A program made the translations under genes and the position numbers. Of a stretch of 24,000 bases of DNA, positions 9,524 to 16,841 are shown one piece after another. This DNA is from Holdemania massiliensis. Its GTDB lineage: Bacteria > Bacillota_I > Bacilli_A > Erysipelotrichales > Erysipelotrichaceae. The notes beneath the pieces are model-generated. The model was not told the DNA's origin. It ran no database searches and worked only from the letters and a program-made list of their open reading frames with translations. The first letter of the stretch is position 1. Every line of letters starts with the position of its first letter. The stretch covers positions 1,016,542 through 1,040,541 of the forward strand of contig NZ_JAKNTK010000001.1 of the NCBI RefSeq assembly GCF_022440805.1, given 5' to 3'.

Positions 9524-9835
9524 ATGAATTTGAAAATAAAGGCCTTGATTGCCTGCGGAGGCGGAATTGCAACCTCAACCTTTGCCGCAGAAGAAATTAA
9601 ACGAATTGCGAAAGAACTGGGTGTAGATATCGAAATTGTCAAATCCCGGATCGTGGATGTTCCGGCGATGGCAAAAGATTTTGATATTTGCTTTGTCACT
9701 TCTGGATATTCCCAGGTGATCGATTGTCCGCTGGTTCGGGTTAACGGTCTGATCACCGGCATCAATGAAGAAGCGACCACTGCGGAAATTCAGACAGCAC
9801 TGCTTCAGGTTAACCAAAAACTGAACGATCAGTAG
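9524..9835 (+). CDS. PTS EIIB component, galactitol/Sgc (lactose-family fold) type
   Basis: 103 aa. The active-site Cys context KALIACGGGIATST is typical of GatB/SgcB-type EIIB. AGGAGG lies at 9515-9520. The TTG at 9530 has a 9-nt spacing and may be the real start rather than ATG 9524, which has only a 3-nt spacing. Confidence 0.85.
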   Translation: MNLKIKALIACGGGIATSTFAAEEIKRIAKELGVDIEIVKSRIVDVPAMAKDFDICFVTSGYSQVIDCPLVRVNGLITGINEEATTAEIQTALLQVNQKLNDQ

Positions 9836-9855
9836 CGATCGTTAGGGAGGGAAAA

Positions 9856-11139
9856 ATGCAGATCATTAATTCAGTCATCCAATTTATCATGGACTTAGGC
9901 GGAGCGATTTTCCTGCCGTTTATGATTACCATTCTAGGGTTATTCTTCAAGATCAAATTCTTTGATTCATTCCGCAATGGTTTGCGGATTGGAGCTGGAT
10001 TTTTAGGAATTACTGTGATTTTGGAGATGTTATGCAACAGTTTAAATCCGGCGGTGGAGTTCTATGCGGGCATGGGCAGCGGTTTTACGGTCATTGATAT
10101 TGGCTGGGAAGGCATTGCTGCTATTGCTTGGTCTACACCGTTTGCTTTGATCATCGTACCCATTTGTCTTGTTCTGAATTATTTCCTGATTCGTATTCGC
10201 TTTACGAAAACAATGGATGTGGACATCTGGAATTATTTCCATGTGATTCTGGGGGCGGCAATGGCGTACTACATTGCTCAGCTAGGTGGAATGAGCGCTG
10301 CGGTTTCGATTGGACTGGCGATGTTGGTCGCGATTGGCACATTCGTCGCAATCCTGAAAATGGCCGACTGGATCGCGCCGCACTGGCAGAAACATTATAA
10401 TTTGCCAGGTACAACCTGCTGTAATAATGATGCTTTTCAAATTTGGGCCATTGATTATGCAGTTTGCTGGATTCTGGATAAGATTCCGGGAATTAACAAA
10501 ATTAACCTGGATGCTAAATGGTTCAGCGATAAGTTTGGTTCCTTAGGTGAAACCTCAGTTTTAACCTTCTTTGTCGGAATCCTCATTTCCCTGATTACTC
10601 GTCAGGATTTATCCACAATGTTAACGATGAGCGTAACTTTGTCCGCTGCCATTGTTATTCTGCCGCGGATGGTCAGTCTGCTGATGGAAGGTCTGAATCC
10701 GATCTCCACGGCAGCCCGTAAAATGTTCAAGCAGAAGCTGGGAGCTGAATACGATATTTACATTGGAATGGACGAAGCTCTCTGCTTGGGGGATGAAAGC
10801 GGAATTCAATGCGCTGCCATCATGATTCCGATTGGTTTGGCAGTTGCCTTTCTGCCAGGTGTGAATTTCTTCCCCATCGCCAGTCTGGGATCCATGGTCT
10901 ATACGACTTGTATGTGTTCACTCTTTGCACGCGGGGATATCTTCAAAACCGTGATTGCTTCTACGGTAAACTGTATTTATTCTTATCAAATCCTAAGCTG
11001 GATGGCACCGTTGGTAACAAAGCTGGCTGTCAATACAGGCTATATCTCGAATGCTGCCACATTAGTAACGGGCTCCAGCGTTGAAGAATTTCATAGTGTG
11101 ATTTTGGCCTTGATCAGCAAGCTCCTGGGGATTTGGTAA
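9856..11139 (+). CDS. PTS EIIC permease, galactitol (GatC/SgcC) family
   Basis: 427 aa, polytopic. It shows GatC-like landmarks from my recollection of E. coli GatC: N-terminal FIMDLGGAIFLPFMI, TKTMDVDIWNYFH (GatC has MNVDIWNIWH), ILPRMVSLLMEGLNPIS and ARKMFKQKLG. RBS is AGGGAGGG. Confidence 0.9.
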   Translation: MQIINSVIQFIMDLGGAIFLPFMITILGLFFKIKFFDSFRNGLRIGAGFLGITVILEMLCNSLNPAVEFYAGMGSGFTVIDIGWEGIAAIAWSTPFALIIVPICLVLNYFLIRIRFTKTMDVDIWNYFHVILGAAMAYYIAQLGGMSAAVSIGLAMLVAIGTFVAILKMADWIAPHWQKHYNLPGTTCCNNDAFQIWAIDYAVCWILDKIPGINKINLDAKWFSDKFGSLGETSVLTFFVGILISLITRQDLSTMLTMSVTLSAAIVILPRMVSLLMEGLNPISTAARKMFKQKLGAEYDIYIGMDEALCLGDESGIQCAAIMIPIGLAVAFLPGVNFFPIASLGSMVYTTCMCSLFARGDIFKTVIASTVNCIYSYQILSWMAPLVTKLAVNTGYISNAATLVTGSSVEEFHSVILALISKLLGIW

Positions 11140-11197
11140 AAGGAAGAATTTTGAGAATTAGTAATTAAACGGCTTTTTAAGAATTAGAGGGATAACG

Positions 11198-11674
11198 ATG
11201 AAAACCTATTATGTCAGAGAAAGTGTTAGAAAAATTTACTTAGGCGTCGGAGTGGGGAGTGTAATGTTATTATCATTATTACTGATCCTGCATCCAACCC
11301 TGTTTCATTCAGTGGTTCTGAATCTGTGGTTTTACGGAATAGCGATTGGGATGAGTGGACTGCATCTGTTTCGAGCTAAGACTTGTAAGCTTCGCATTGA
11401 GGATGAGGAACTCTATTTCTACAATGGGCTGTTAGATACCAAGCACATCCCACTTAATAAAATCCTCAGAATCGAATACAATCCGGAGATCCGCATTCGC
11501 ATCTACATGCAGCGCAAAGATACCGTATATCGAATTCCCAACGTCTTTAGCCGTGAAGATACGGAAGAAATTTTCCGGACCCTCAGGAAAAAGCGGAAGC
11601 AGATTCTTATTGAGCGTATTGAGAAGCCAGGGAAGTCTATTCAAATTTCAGAAAATTGTGAGCGTGTAAAATGA
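11198..11674 (+). CDS. Hypothetical membrane protein (158 aa): two N-terminal TM helices plus a roughly 90-aa cytoplasmic domain
   Basis: RBS is AGAGGGA. TM1 is IYLGVGVGSVMLLSLLLIL and TM2 is VVLNLWFYGIAIGMSGLHLF. A charged soluble domain follows (KLRIEDEELYFYNG...RIEYNPEIRIRIY...). The stop overlaps the EIIA start (ATGA at 11671-11674). The architecture resembles bacterial PH-like (DUF304/YdbS-type) proteins, but I cannot confirm homology. Confidence 0.6.
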   Translation: MKTYYVRESVRKIYLGVGVGSVMLLSLLLILHPTLFHSVVLNLWFYGIAIGMSGLHLFRAKTCKLRIEDEELYFYNGLLDTKHIPLNKILRIEYNPEIRIRIYMQRKDTVYRIPNVFSREDTEEIFRTLRKKRKQILIERIEKPGKSIQISENCERVK

Positions 11675-12135
11675 GTCAGATATTTGTAATTGAGGGAACT
11701 GCTGAAACATGGCAGGAAGCATTGCGGCAGACAGCCCAGAAGCTATTGGAAATGAATTGTGTCAAACCTGATTTTTATGCCAGCTGTGCTGCCCGGGAAG
11801 AAAGTTTCCCGACGGGACTGACGGCATCCTGTCCGATCGCAATCCCGCATACAAGCAAGGAATATGTGCTGCAGCAGGCTGTCTGTGTTTTGCGGTTAGA
11901 GCATCCAGTAAAATTTCGCAGTATGGAAAATGTAGATCTGCAGGTTGAGGTTCGGTATGTCATGAACTTAGCGCTTCAGGATGATCAGGAACATATTCGC
12001 ATTGTTTCGCAGATCATCCGCAATCTTAAAGATAAACATTTTATTGGAGCCATGGATGCTCTGGATGCGGAGTCTTTAAGTCAGTTTTTAAATGTAAAAT
12101 TTCTAAAGGAAGGGAATGAAAAAGAATGGGAATAA
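11671..12135 (+). CDS. PTS EIIA component, type 2 (GatA-like)
   Basis: 154 aa. AREESFPTGLTASCPIAIPHTS contains the phosphorylatable His in the FPTG...AIPH context seen in GatA, mannitol and fructose EIIA. It is translationally coupled to both neighbours. Confidence 0.85.
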   Translation: MSQIFVIEGTAETWQEALRQTAQKLLEMNCVKPDFYASCAAREESFPTGLTASCPIAIPHTSKEYVLQQAVCVLRLEHPVKFRSMENVDLQVEVRYVMNLALQDDQEHIRIVSQIIRNLKDKHFIGAMDALDAESLSQFLNVKFLKEGNEKEWE

Positions 12136-12932
12136 AAGAAGTGTTCAAAACGACAAAACCAGTCATTGGCATGATGCATTTAATGGCTCTGCCTACCGAT
12201 CCGAAATATGATCCGCAGGGAGGAATACAGAAAGTGTTGAATCGGGCACGGACTGATTTGCAGGCTTTGCAGGAAGGCGGAATTGATGCAATTCTGTTCT
12301 GCAATGAATATTCGATTCCCTATTTAAGCGACGTTCATCCGGTAACCATTGCCTGCATGGCGCGGATCATTGGCGAACTGATGAGTGAAATTCATGTGCC
12401 TTTCGGTGTGGATGTTGCTGCCGATCCTATGAAAACATATGACCTGGCAGCGGCCGTAGGCGCAGACTTTATTCGGGAGACCTTGTGCGGAGCTTATGCT
12501 GGAAATGATGGAATTTCAGATGTGCGCATGGGTGAAATTGAACGGCATCGCATCGAGGTAGGGTGCCGGGATATTCTAACCTTGGCAACGTTGGTTCCGG
12601 AAGGAGCACGTCAGCTTGCTGAACGTTCGATTGAGGAAGTAGCCAAAACAGTTACCTTCTCTTTAGCGCCAAGTGCGTTGCTGGTCTACGGTTCAACGGC
12701 GGGATCATCCATTGATGGTTCATTAGTCAGCCGGGCAAAAACGGCCACAGAGATCCCGATTTTTGCCAGCAATGGCGTCCGTGCTGATACGATTGAGGAT
12801 ATTCTATCGCTTGCGGACGGCTGCGTTGTCGGAACCTGGATGAAGCAGGAAGGAAAGTTCTATAATCCTGTTGACTCTAAGCGAGTGGCAGAACTGATGG
12901 GAAAAGCAAAAGCGGTTCGGGGCGATCTCTAA
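12126..12932 (+). CDS. sgcQ: BtpA/SgcQ family protein (TIM-barrel-like, function unassigned)
   Basis: 268 aa. The stretches KPVIGMMHLMALPTDPKYD, LQEGGIDAILFCNEYSIPYL, MARIIGELMSEIHVPFGV, DFIRETLCGAYA and SLADGCVVGT track E. coli SgcQ as I recall it. It overlaps the EIIA gene by 10 nt and is followed by a TAATG junction. Confidence 0.8.
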   Translation: MGIKEVFKTTKPVIGMMHLMALPTDPKYDPQGGIQKVLNRARTDLQALQEGGIDAILFCNEYSIPYLSDVHPVTIACMARIIGELMSEIHVPFGVDVAADPMKTYDLAAAVGADFIRETLCGAYAGNDGISDVRMGEIERHRIEVGCRDILTLATLVPEGARQLAERSIEEVAKTVTFSLAPSALLVYGSTAGSSIDGSLVSRAKTATEIPIFASNGVRADTIEDILSLADGCVVGTWMKQEGKFYNPVDSKRVAELMGKAKAVRGDL

Positions 12933-13558
12933 TGCGGATCAGTCCGTCGCTGGCCTCAGCGGATCTTCTGCATATGGCAGAGGAGATAGAGTTTGCGGAT
13001 CGTTATTTTAACGAAATTCATCTTGATATCGAGGATGGAGTTGTTGTTTCAGGAATAACCTTTGGCACTAAGATGTGCCGACGTATCTGTGAATACTCTC
13101 ATTCCTCGGTAAAATCAATTCATCTTGAAGTATTGAATCCCATGGATTATCTGACCGAGATTCAAAGCTGCCAGCCGACGATCGTATTTATTCAGCTTTC
13201 ACATCTGAAACATCCTGACAGGGTAGTTAATGCCTTCAAAAAAGCCGGATTGCGTGTCGGAATTAGTCTGAATGCTGTCGATAGAAAGAGCGAACATTTA
13301 GCTGAACTGCTGAATCTGACCGATTATTTTCTCATAGCAACAGCTTTTCCAGAGGATCCCAAACAGAAATATCAGAAAGTGATGGAAGAATTTGCACTGC
13401 AGCTTGCCGAGAATCATGAACGGAAAATATGGATTGACGGCGGCGCTACGGCTGAAATCATTCATCGGCTGTCGCATTCACCCATTGCCGCTGTGGTCGC
13501 AGGCCGGGCTGTATTTGAAGACAAAGATCAGGTAGTACGTCAATTTTGTCTGGAATAA
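12932..13558 (+). CDS. sgcE: SgcE-like pentose/hexulose-5-phosphate 3-epimerase family protein
   Basis: 208 aa. ISPSLASADLLH and IHLDIEDGVVVSGITFG parallel E. coli SgcE (HPSLASANPLH, LHLDIEDSSFINNITFG) rather than canonical Rpe (HxDVMDGHFVPN). Also present: SIHLEV, the C-terminal IWIDGG, and VVAGRAVF. Confidence 0.8.
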   Translation: MRISPSLASADLLHMAEEIEFADRYFNEIHLDIEDGVVVSGITFGTKMCRRICEYSHSSVKSIHLEVLNPMDYLTEIQSCQPTIVFIQLSHLKHPDRVVNAFKKAGLRVGISLNAVDRKSEHLAELLNLTDYFLIATAFPEDPKQKYQKVMEEFALQLAENHERKIWIDGGATAEIIHRLSHSPIAAVVAGRAVFEDKDQVVRQFCLE

Positions 13559-13587
13559 GAAAAATTCTGTCAATAAAAGAAGGGAAA

Positions 13588-13628
13588 ACAAATACGGTAT
13601 TCTGTGGAAAACAGAGTACCGTATTTGT
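13588..13628 (+). terminator. Strong hairpin ending the PTS/sgc operon (atypical: no downstream U-tract)
   Basis: 17-bp stem ACAAATACGGTATTCTG / CAGAGTACCGTATTTGT with one G:U pair and a 7-nt loop (TGGAAAA). An A-rich tract lies upstream (GGGAAAA) but no T-run follows on the plus strand. Confidence 0.55.
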
Positions 13629-13758
13629 CATAGGGATGAATTAGGTTAGAAAGTCTGATTCTGGTCAAGAATAAGAGCGGCTAACGAAAAAGATTCTCTG
13701 TTAACGAAGAGTGAATTTTGGAATTTGAGGGATTTCATCAGGATGACTGCGGAACTGT

Positions 13759-13787
13759 TTGCAATTTGACTATTCCTTTGTTATAAT
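13759..13787 (+). promoter_or_regulatory. SigA-type promoter for secG
   Basis: -35 TTGCAA (13759-13764), 17-bp spacer, -10 TATAAT (13782-13787) preceded by TGt (extended -10). It is 33 bp upstream of the secG ATG. Confidence 0.6.
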
Positions 13788-13819
13788 AGAAAAGCGATAA
13801 ATCTGAAAGGAGGATTAAG

Positions 13820-14044
13820 ATGCTTGATATCTTATTGATGGTGGTGTCCGTGATTTTAATACTTCTTTCTCTGTTACAAAGTGGAAAATCAGACGGGATC
13901 AGCGGTGCTTTTACAGGGAGCGGCGGATTAAATCTGTTTGCCAATGTAAAAGAGAGAGGACCGGAGAAGATCATTTCGAATGCCACACTGGTTGTCGGAA
14001 TTTTGTTCTTCGTGCTGGTCATTGTGATTAGAGTACTGAACTAA
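13820..14044 (+). CDS. secG: Preprotein translocase subunit SecG
   Basis: 74 aa with two TM helices. The characteristic loop is LLQSGKSDGISGAFTGSGG. RBS is AAAGGAGGA. It precedes rnr-smpB as in many Firmicutes. Confidence 0.9.
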   Translation: MLDILLMVVSVILILLSLLQSGKSDGISGAFTGSGGLNLFANVKERGPEKIISNATLVVGILFFVLVIVIRVLN

Positions 14045-14045
14045 C

Positions 14046-14068
14046 GGCCGTCAACAGCGGCCTTTTTT
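14046..14068 (+). terminator. Intrinsic terminator/attenuator after secG
   Basis: GGCCG (14046-14050) / CGGCC (14058-14062) with a 7-nt loop, followed by T6 (14063-14068). Confidence 0.65.
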
Positions 14069-14099
14069 CATATTAATTAAAGAAATTCGAGGTGAAGTT

Positions 14100-16352
14100 A
14101 TGGAACAAACAGACATAAAACAACAAATAGAAACAATGATTGCGGACGAGCAGTATCGGCCGTTAAGTTTAGCTCAGCTGCAGGAAACGCTGGGCTTATC
14201 AACAACTGAAGAATTCATTGCGATGAATAAAGCGGTCAATGAACTGGCCGAGCAATATGTGATCGTGTTCAGCCAGAAAGGAAATCTGATGCCAGCGAAA
14301 ATGGGTGGCTATTACCGCGGCGTCCTGTCTGTGAATCGAAAGGGATTTGGCTTTCTGGATCTGGAAAATGAGAACAGCATTCATCTCACGGAGGCCAATC
14401 TGCATGGTGCGATGAATGGGGATCTGGCGATTGTAAAAAAATTACCATCCTTTTACGGCAGTGACGAAGGTGAAGTGATCCGCGTTCTGCAGCATAAAAC
14501 CAATACGCTGGTGGGAACCTTTTTCAGTTCTGTGGGCAAAGGCCTGCAGCTGAAACTGGATGATGAACGGATTAAAGCCCGGCTGATCGTTAAGAACTGG
14601 CAGGCGTTTAAAATGGTCAGCGGTACCAAGGCCTTATTAAAGGTCCTGCGCTACGGCGATCCGATGGAACTGGAAATTGTTCAGCTGTTAGGACATATTG
14701 ATGATCCAGGCGTCGATATCCTGTCGGTGCTGCTGGAATATGATATTGATCCGCAGTTTCCAGAGGAAGTCATGGAACAGGCGCAGAAAACTCCGGCACG
14801 GGTTACGCCGAAGGACAAAGAGGGTCGGCGCGACTGCACCGCAAAAACAATTATTACGATCGATGGTGAAGATTCCAAAGATCTTGACGATGCGGTTTGC
14901 GTGGAAAAGATAGATGGAGGATACCGGCTGGGTGTCCACATTGCGGATGTTTCTCATTATGTGCCGGAAAACAGTCCGCTGGATCTGGAAGCGCTGAAGC
15001 GCGGAACATCAACCTACGTCGTTGACCGGGTTGTGCCGATGCTTCCGCATTTATTGTCCAACGGCATCTGTTCGCTGAATCCGAAGGTGCTGCGGCTAAC
15101 GCTGTCCTGCGAAATGGAGATCAGTGAAAGTGGAGAGATTCTTAACTATGAGATCTTTCCCTCCTATATTAAGACAACCGAACGGATGACTTATACCGCG
15201 GTGAATGCTATTCTGGAAGGCGAGGAAGAAACCTGCCGGAAATACAAAAAACTGGTTAATATGATCGGTCTTATGCGGGATTGTTCGCGGGCGATACGTC
15301 AGCGCCGCCATGCCGCCGGGGCGATTGATTTCGAAACACCGGAGGCGAAAATCATCCTAAATCCCCAAGGCAAGATTGAGGAAATTCAAGTACGCGAACG
15401 AAAAGAAGCGGAAATGTTGATCGAAGACTTCATGGTCTGCGCCAATGAATGCGTAGCCCGGCATTTAAAGTGGCTTGAAGTACCAGCTTTATATCGGGTT
15501 CACGAAGCCCCAGAGCCGAAAAAGCTGCGGGATTTCGCCAAGATTGTCTTGTTGATGGGCAAGCGCTTCAAAGGCAGCGTGGAACAAATCCGGCCGCTGC
15601 AGCTGCAGCAGCTTCTGGACTCCTTTAAGGAGGATCCAGCATATCCGGTGATCTCAACCATGATGCTTCGCAGTATGCAGAAGGCCAAATATGATCCGCG
15701 CTGTCTGGGACATTTTGGTCTGGCGTTAGAGGAATACACACACTTCACATCCCCGATTCGCCGTTATCCGGATTTAATCGTACACCGGATGCTGCATAAG
15801 TATTGCTTTGGCTTAGCCTTTGATCCGGAAGTGATGAAAGAGGATGAGCTGAAGATGGAGGAATACGGCAAACAGACCTCTGAACGGGAACGGGCCGCGA
15901 TTGAAGCGGAACGTGAAGTAGAAGACATGAAGAAAGCGGAATACATGGAGGATCAGGTCGGAAAAATTGCCGAGGGCGTGATCAGCGGCGTAACCAAGTT
16001 TGGTTTCTTTGTTGAACTGGAAAACACGGTGGAAGGTCTGGTTCACGTGCAGAAGCTGACCGATGATTACTATCATTATGATCCGGATACATTAAGCTTA
16101 AAGGGCGAACGGACGAAAAAGATCTACCGCTTGGGACAGCGCGTAAAAATCAAAGTCACCGGTGCCAGCAAGCTTCATCAGGAAATCGACTTCGATCTGG
16201 TTCGCCCGCGTAAGGAAAAACGGGAAGCCGTGGTACCGGCCGCAAAGAAAACCGGTTATCGCAAAGATTCGAGTCGGCCTGCCGAAAGCATTCCTGTGAA
16301 AAACAAACGCCGCCGTTCTCATCGGCGGAAACCCAAACCCACCCAAGCATAA
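14100..16352 (+). CDS. rnr: Ribonuclease R (3'-5' exoribonuclease, RNB family)
   Basis: 750 aa. The RNB catalytic region is ITIDGEDSKDLDDAV...HIADVSHYV...RGTSTYVVDRVVPMLP...HFGL...YTHFTSPIRRYPDLIVHR. A C-terminal S1 domain (GVISGVTKFGFFVEL) and a Lys/Arg-rich tail are present. RBS is GAGGTGA. Confidence 0.95.
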   Translation: MEQTDIKQQIETMIADEQYRPLSLAQLQETLGLSTTEEFIAMNKAVNELAEQYVIVFSQKGNLMPAKMGGYYRGVLSVNRKGFGFLDLENENSIHLTEANLHGAMNGDLAIVKKLPSFYGSDEGEVIRVLQHKTNTLVGTFFSSVGKGLQLKLDDERIKARLIVKNWQAFKMVSGTKALLKVLRYGDPMELEIVQLLGHIDDPGVDILSVLLEYDIDPQFPEEVMEQAQKTPARVTPKDKEGRRDCTAKTIITIDGEDSKDLDDAVCVEKIDGGYRLGVHIADVSHYVPENSPLDLEALKRGTSTYVVDRVVPMLPHLLSNGICSLNPKVLRLTLSCEMEISESGEILNYEIFPSYIKTTERMTYTAVNAILEGEEETCRKYKKLVNMIGLMRDCSRAIRQRRHAAGAIDFETPEAKIILNPQGKIEEIQVRERKEAEMLIEDFMVCANECVARHLKWLEVPALYRVHEAPEPKKLRDFAKIVLLMGKRFKGSVEQIRPLQLQQLLDSFKEDPAYPVISTMMLRSMQKAKYDPRCLGHFGLALEEYTHFTSPIRRYPDLIVHRMLHKYCFGLAFDPEVMKEDELKMEEYGKQTSERERAAIEAEREVEDMKKAEYMEDQVGKIAEGVISGVTKFGFFVELENTVEGLVHVQKLTDDYYHYDPDTLSLKGERTKKIYRLGQRVKIKVTGASKLHQEIDFDLVRPRKEKREAVVPAAKKTGYRKDSSRPAESIPVKNKRRRSHRRKPKPTQA

Positions 16353-16364
16353 GGAGGAATCACG

Positions 16365-16820
16365 ATGAGCGGTGAAAAAATCATTGCCGTCAACCGCAAG
16401 GCGTCCCATGACTATGCGTTAGAGGAACGCTTTGAAGCCGGACTGGTTCTGACCGGCACCGAAATCAAGTCGATCCGACAGGGCAAAGCTCAGTTCAAAG
16501 ATGCCTATATCAGTATCATCAGCGGAGAAGCCTGGATTAAGGAAATGCATATTGCTGCCTATGATCATGGCAACCAGTTCAATCATGATGAAACGCGGGA
16601 ACGAAAGCTGCTGCTGCATAAAATGGAGATCGTCAAGCTTCAACAGAAAGTGAAGCTTAAAGGCTATACAATCGTTCCGGTCAAGCTGTATTTAAAAAAT
16701 GGCCGGGCTAAAATGGAGATTGCTCTGGCCAAGGGCAAAGCGTTGTATGACAAGCGCGAAGACGCGAAGCTGAAAGATGCAAAGCGGGAGATGGAAAAAG
16801 CGATGAAAGCACGGTGGTAA
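16365..16820 (+). CDS. smpB: SsrA-binding protein SmpB
   Basis: 151 aa. Matching stretches: IAVNRKASHDYALEERFEAGLVLTGTEIKSIR, ERKLLLHKMEI and the basic C-terminal tail. RBS is AAGGAGGA. Confidence 0.95.
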   Translation: MSGEKIIAVNRKASHDYALEERFEAGLVLTGTEIKSIRQGKAQFKDAYISIISGEAWIKEMHIAAYDHGNQFNHDETRERKLLLHKMEIVKLQQKVKLKGYTIVPVKLYLKNGRAKMEIALAKGKALYDKREDAKLKDAKREMEKAMKARW

Positions 16821-16833
16821 GCCGTGTTTTTTT
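16810..16833 (+). terminator. Intrinsic terminator overlapping the smpB stop
   Basis: CACGG (16810-16814) / CCGTG (16822-16826) with a 7-nt loop that contains the TAA stop, followed by T7 (16827-16833). Confidence 0.65.
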
Positions 16834-16841
16834 GATATAAT
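16833..16841 (+). promoter_or_regulatory. Extended -10 promoter candidate immediately after the smpB terminator
   Basis: TGaTATAAT at 16833-16841 is a perfect TGnTATAAT. No good -35 is present. AAGGAG (16853-16858) follows, and 9 nt later comes ATG GCG TGA (16868-16876). Confidence 0.4.
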
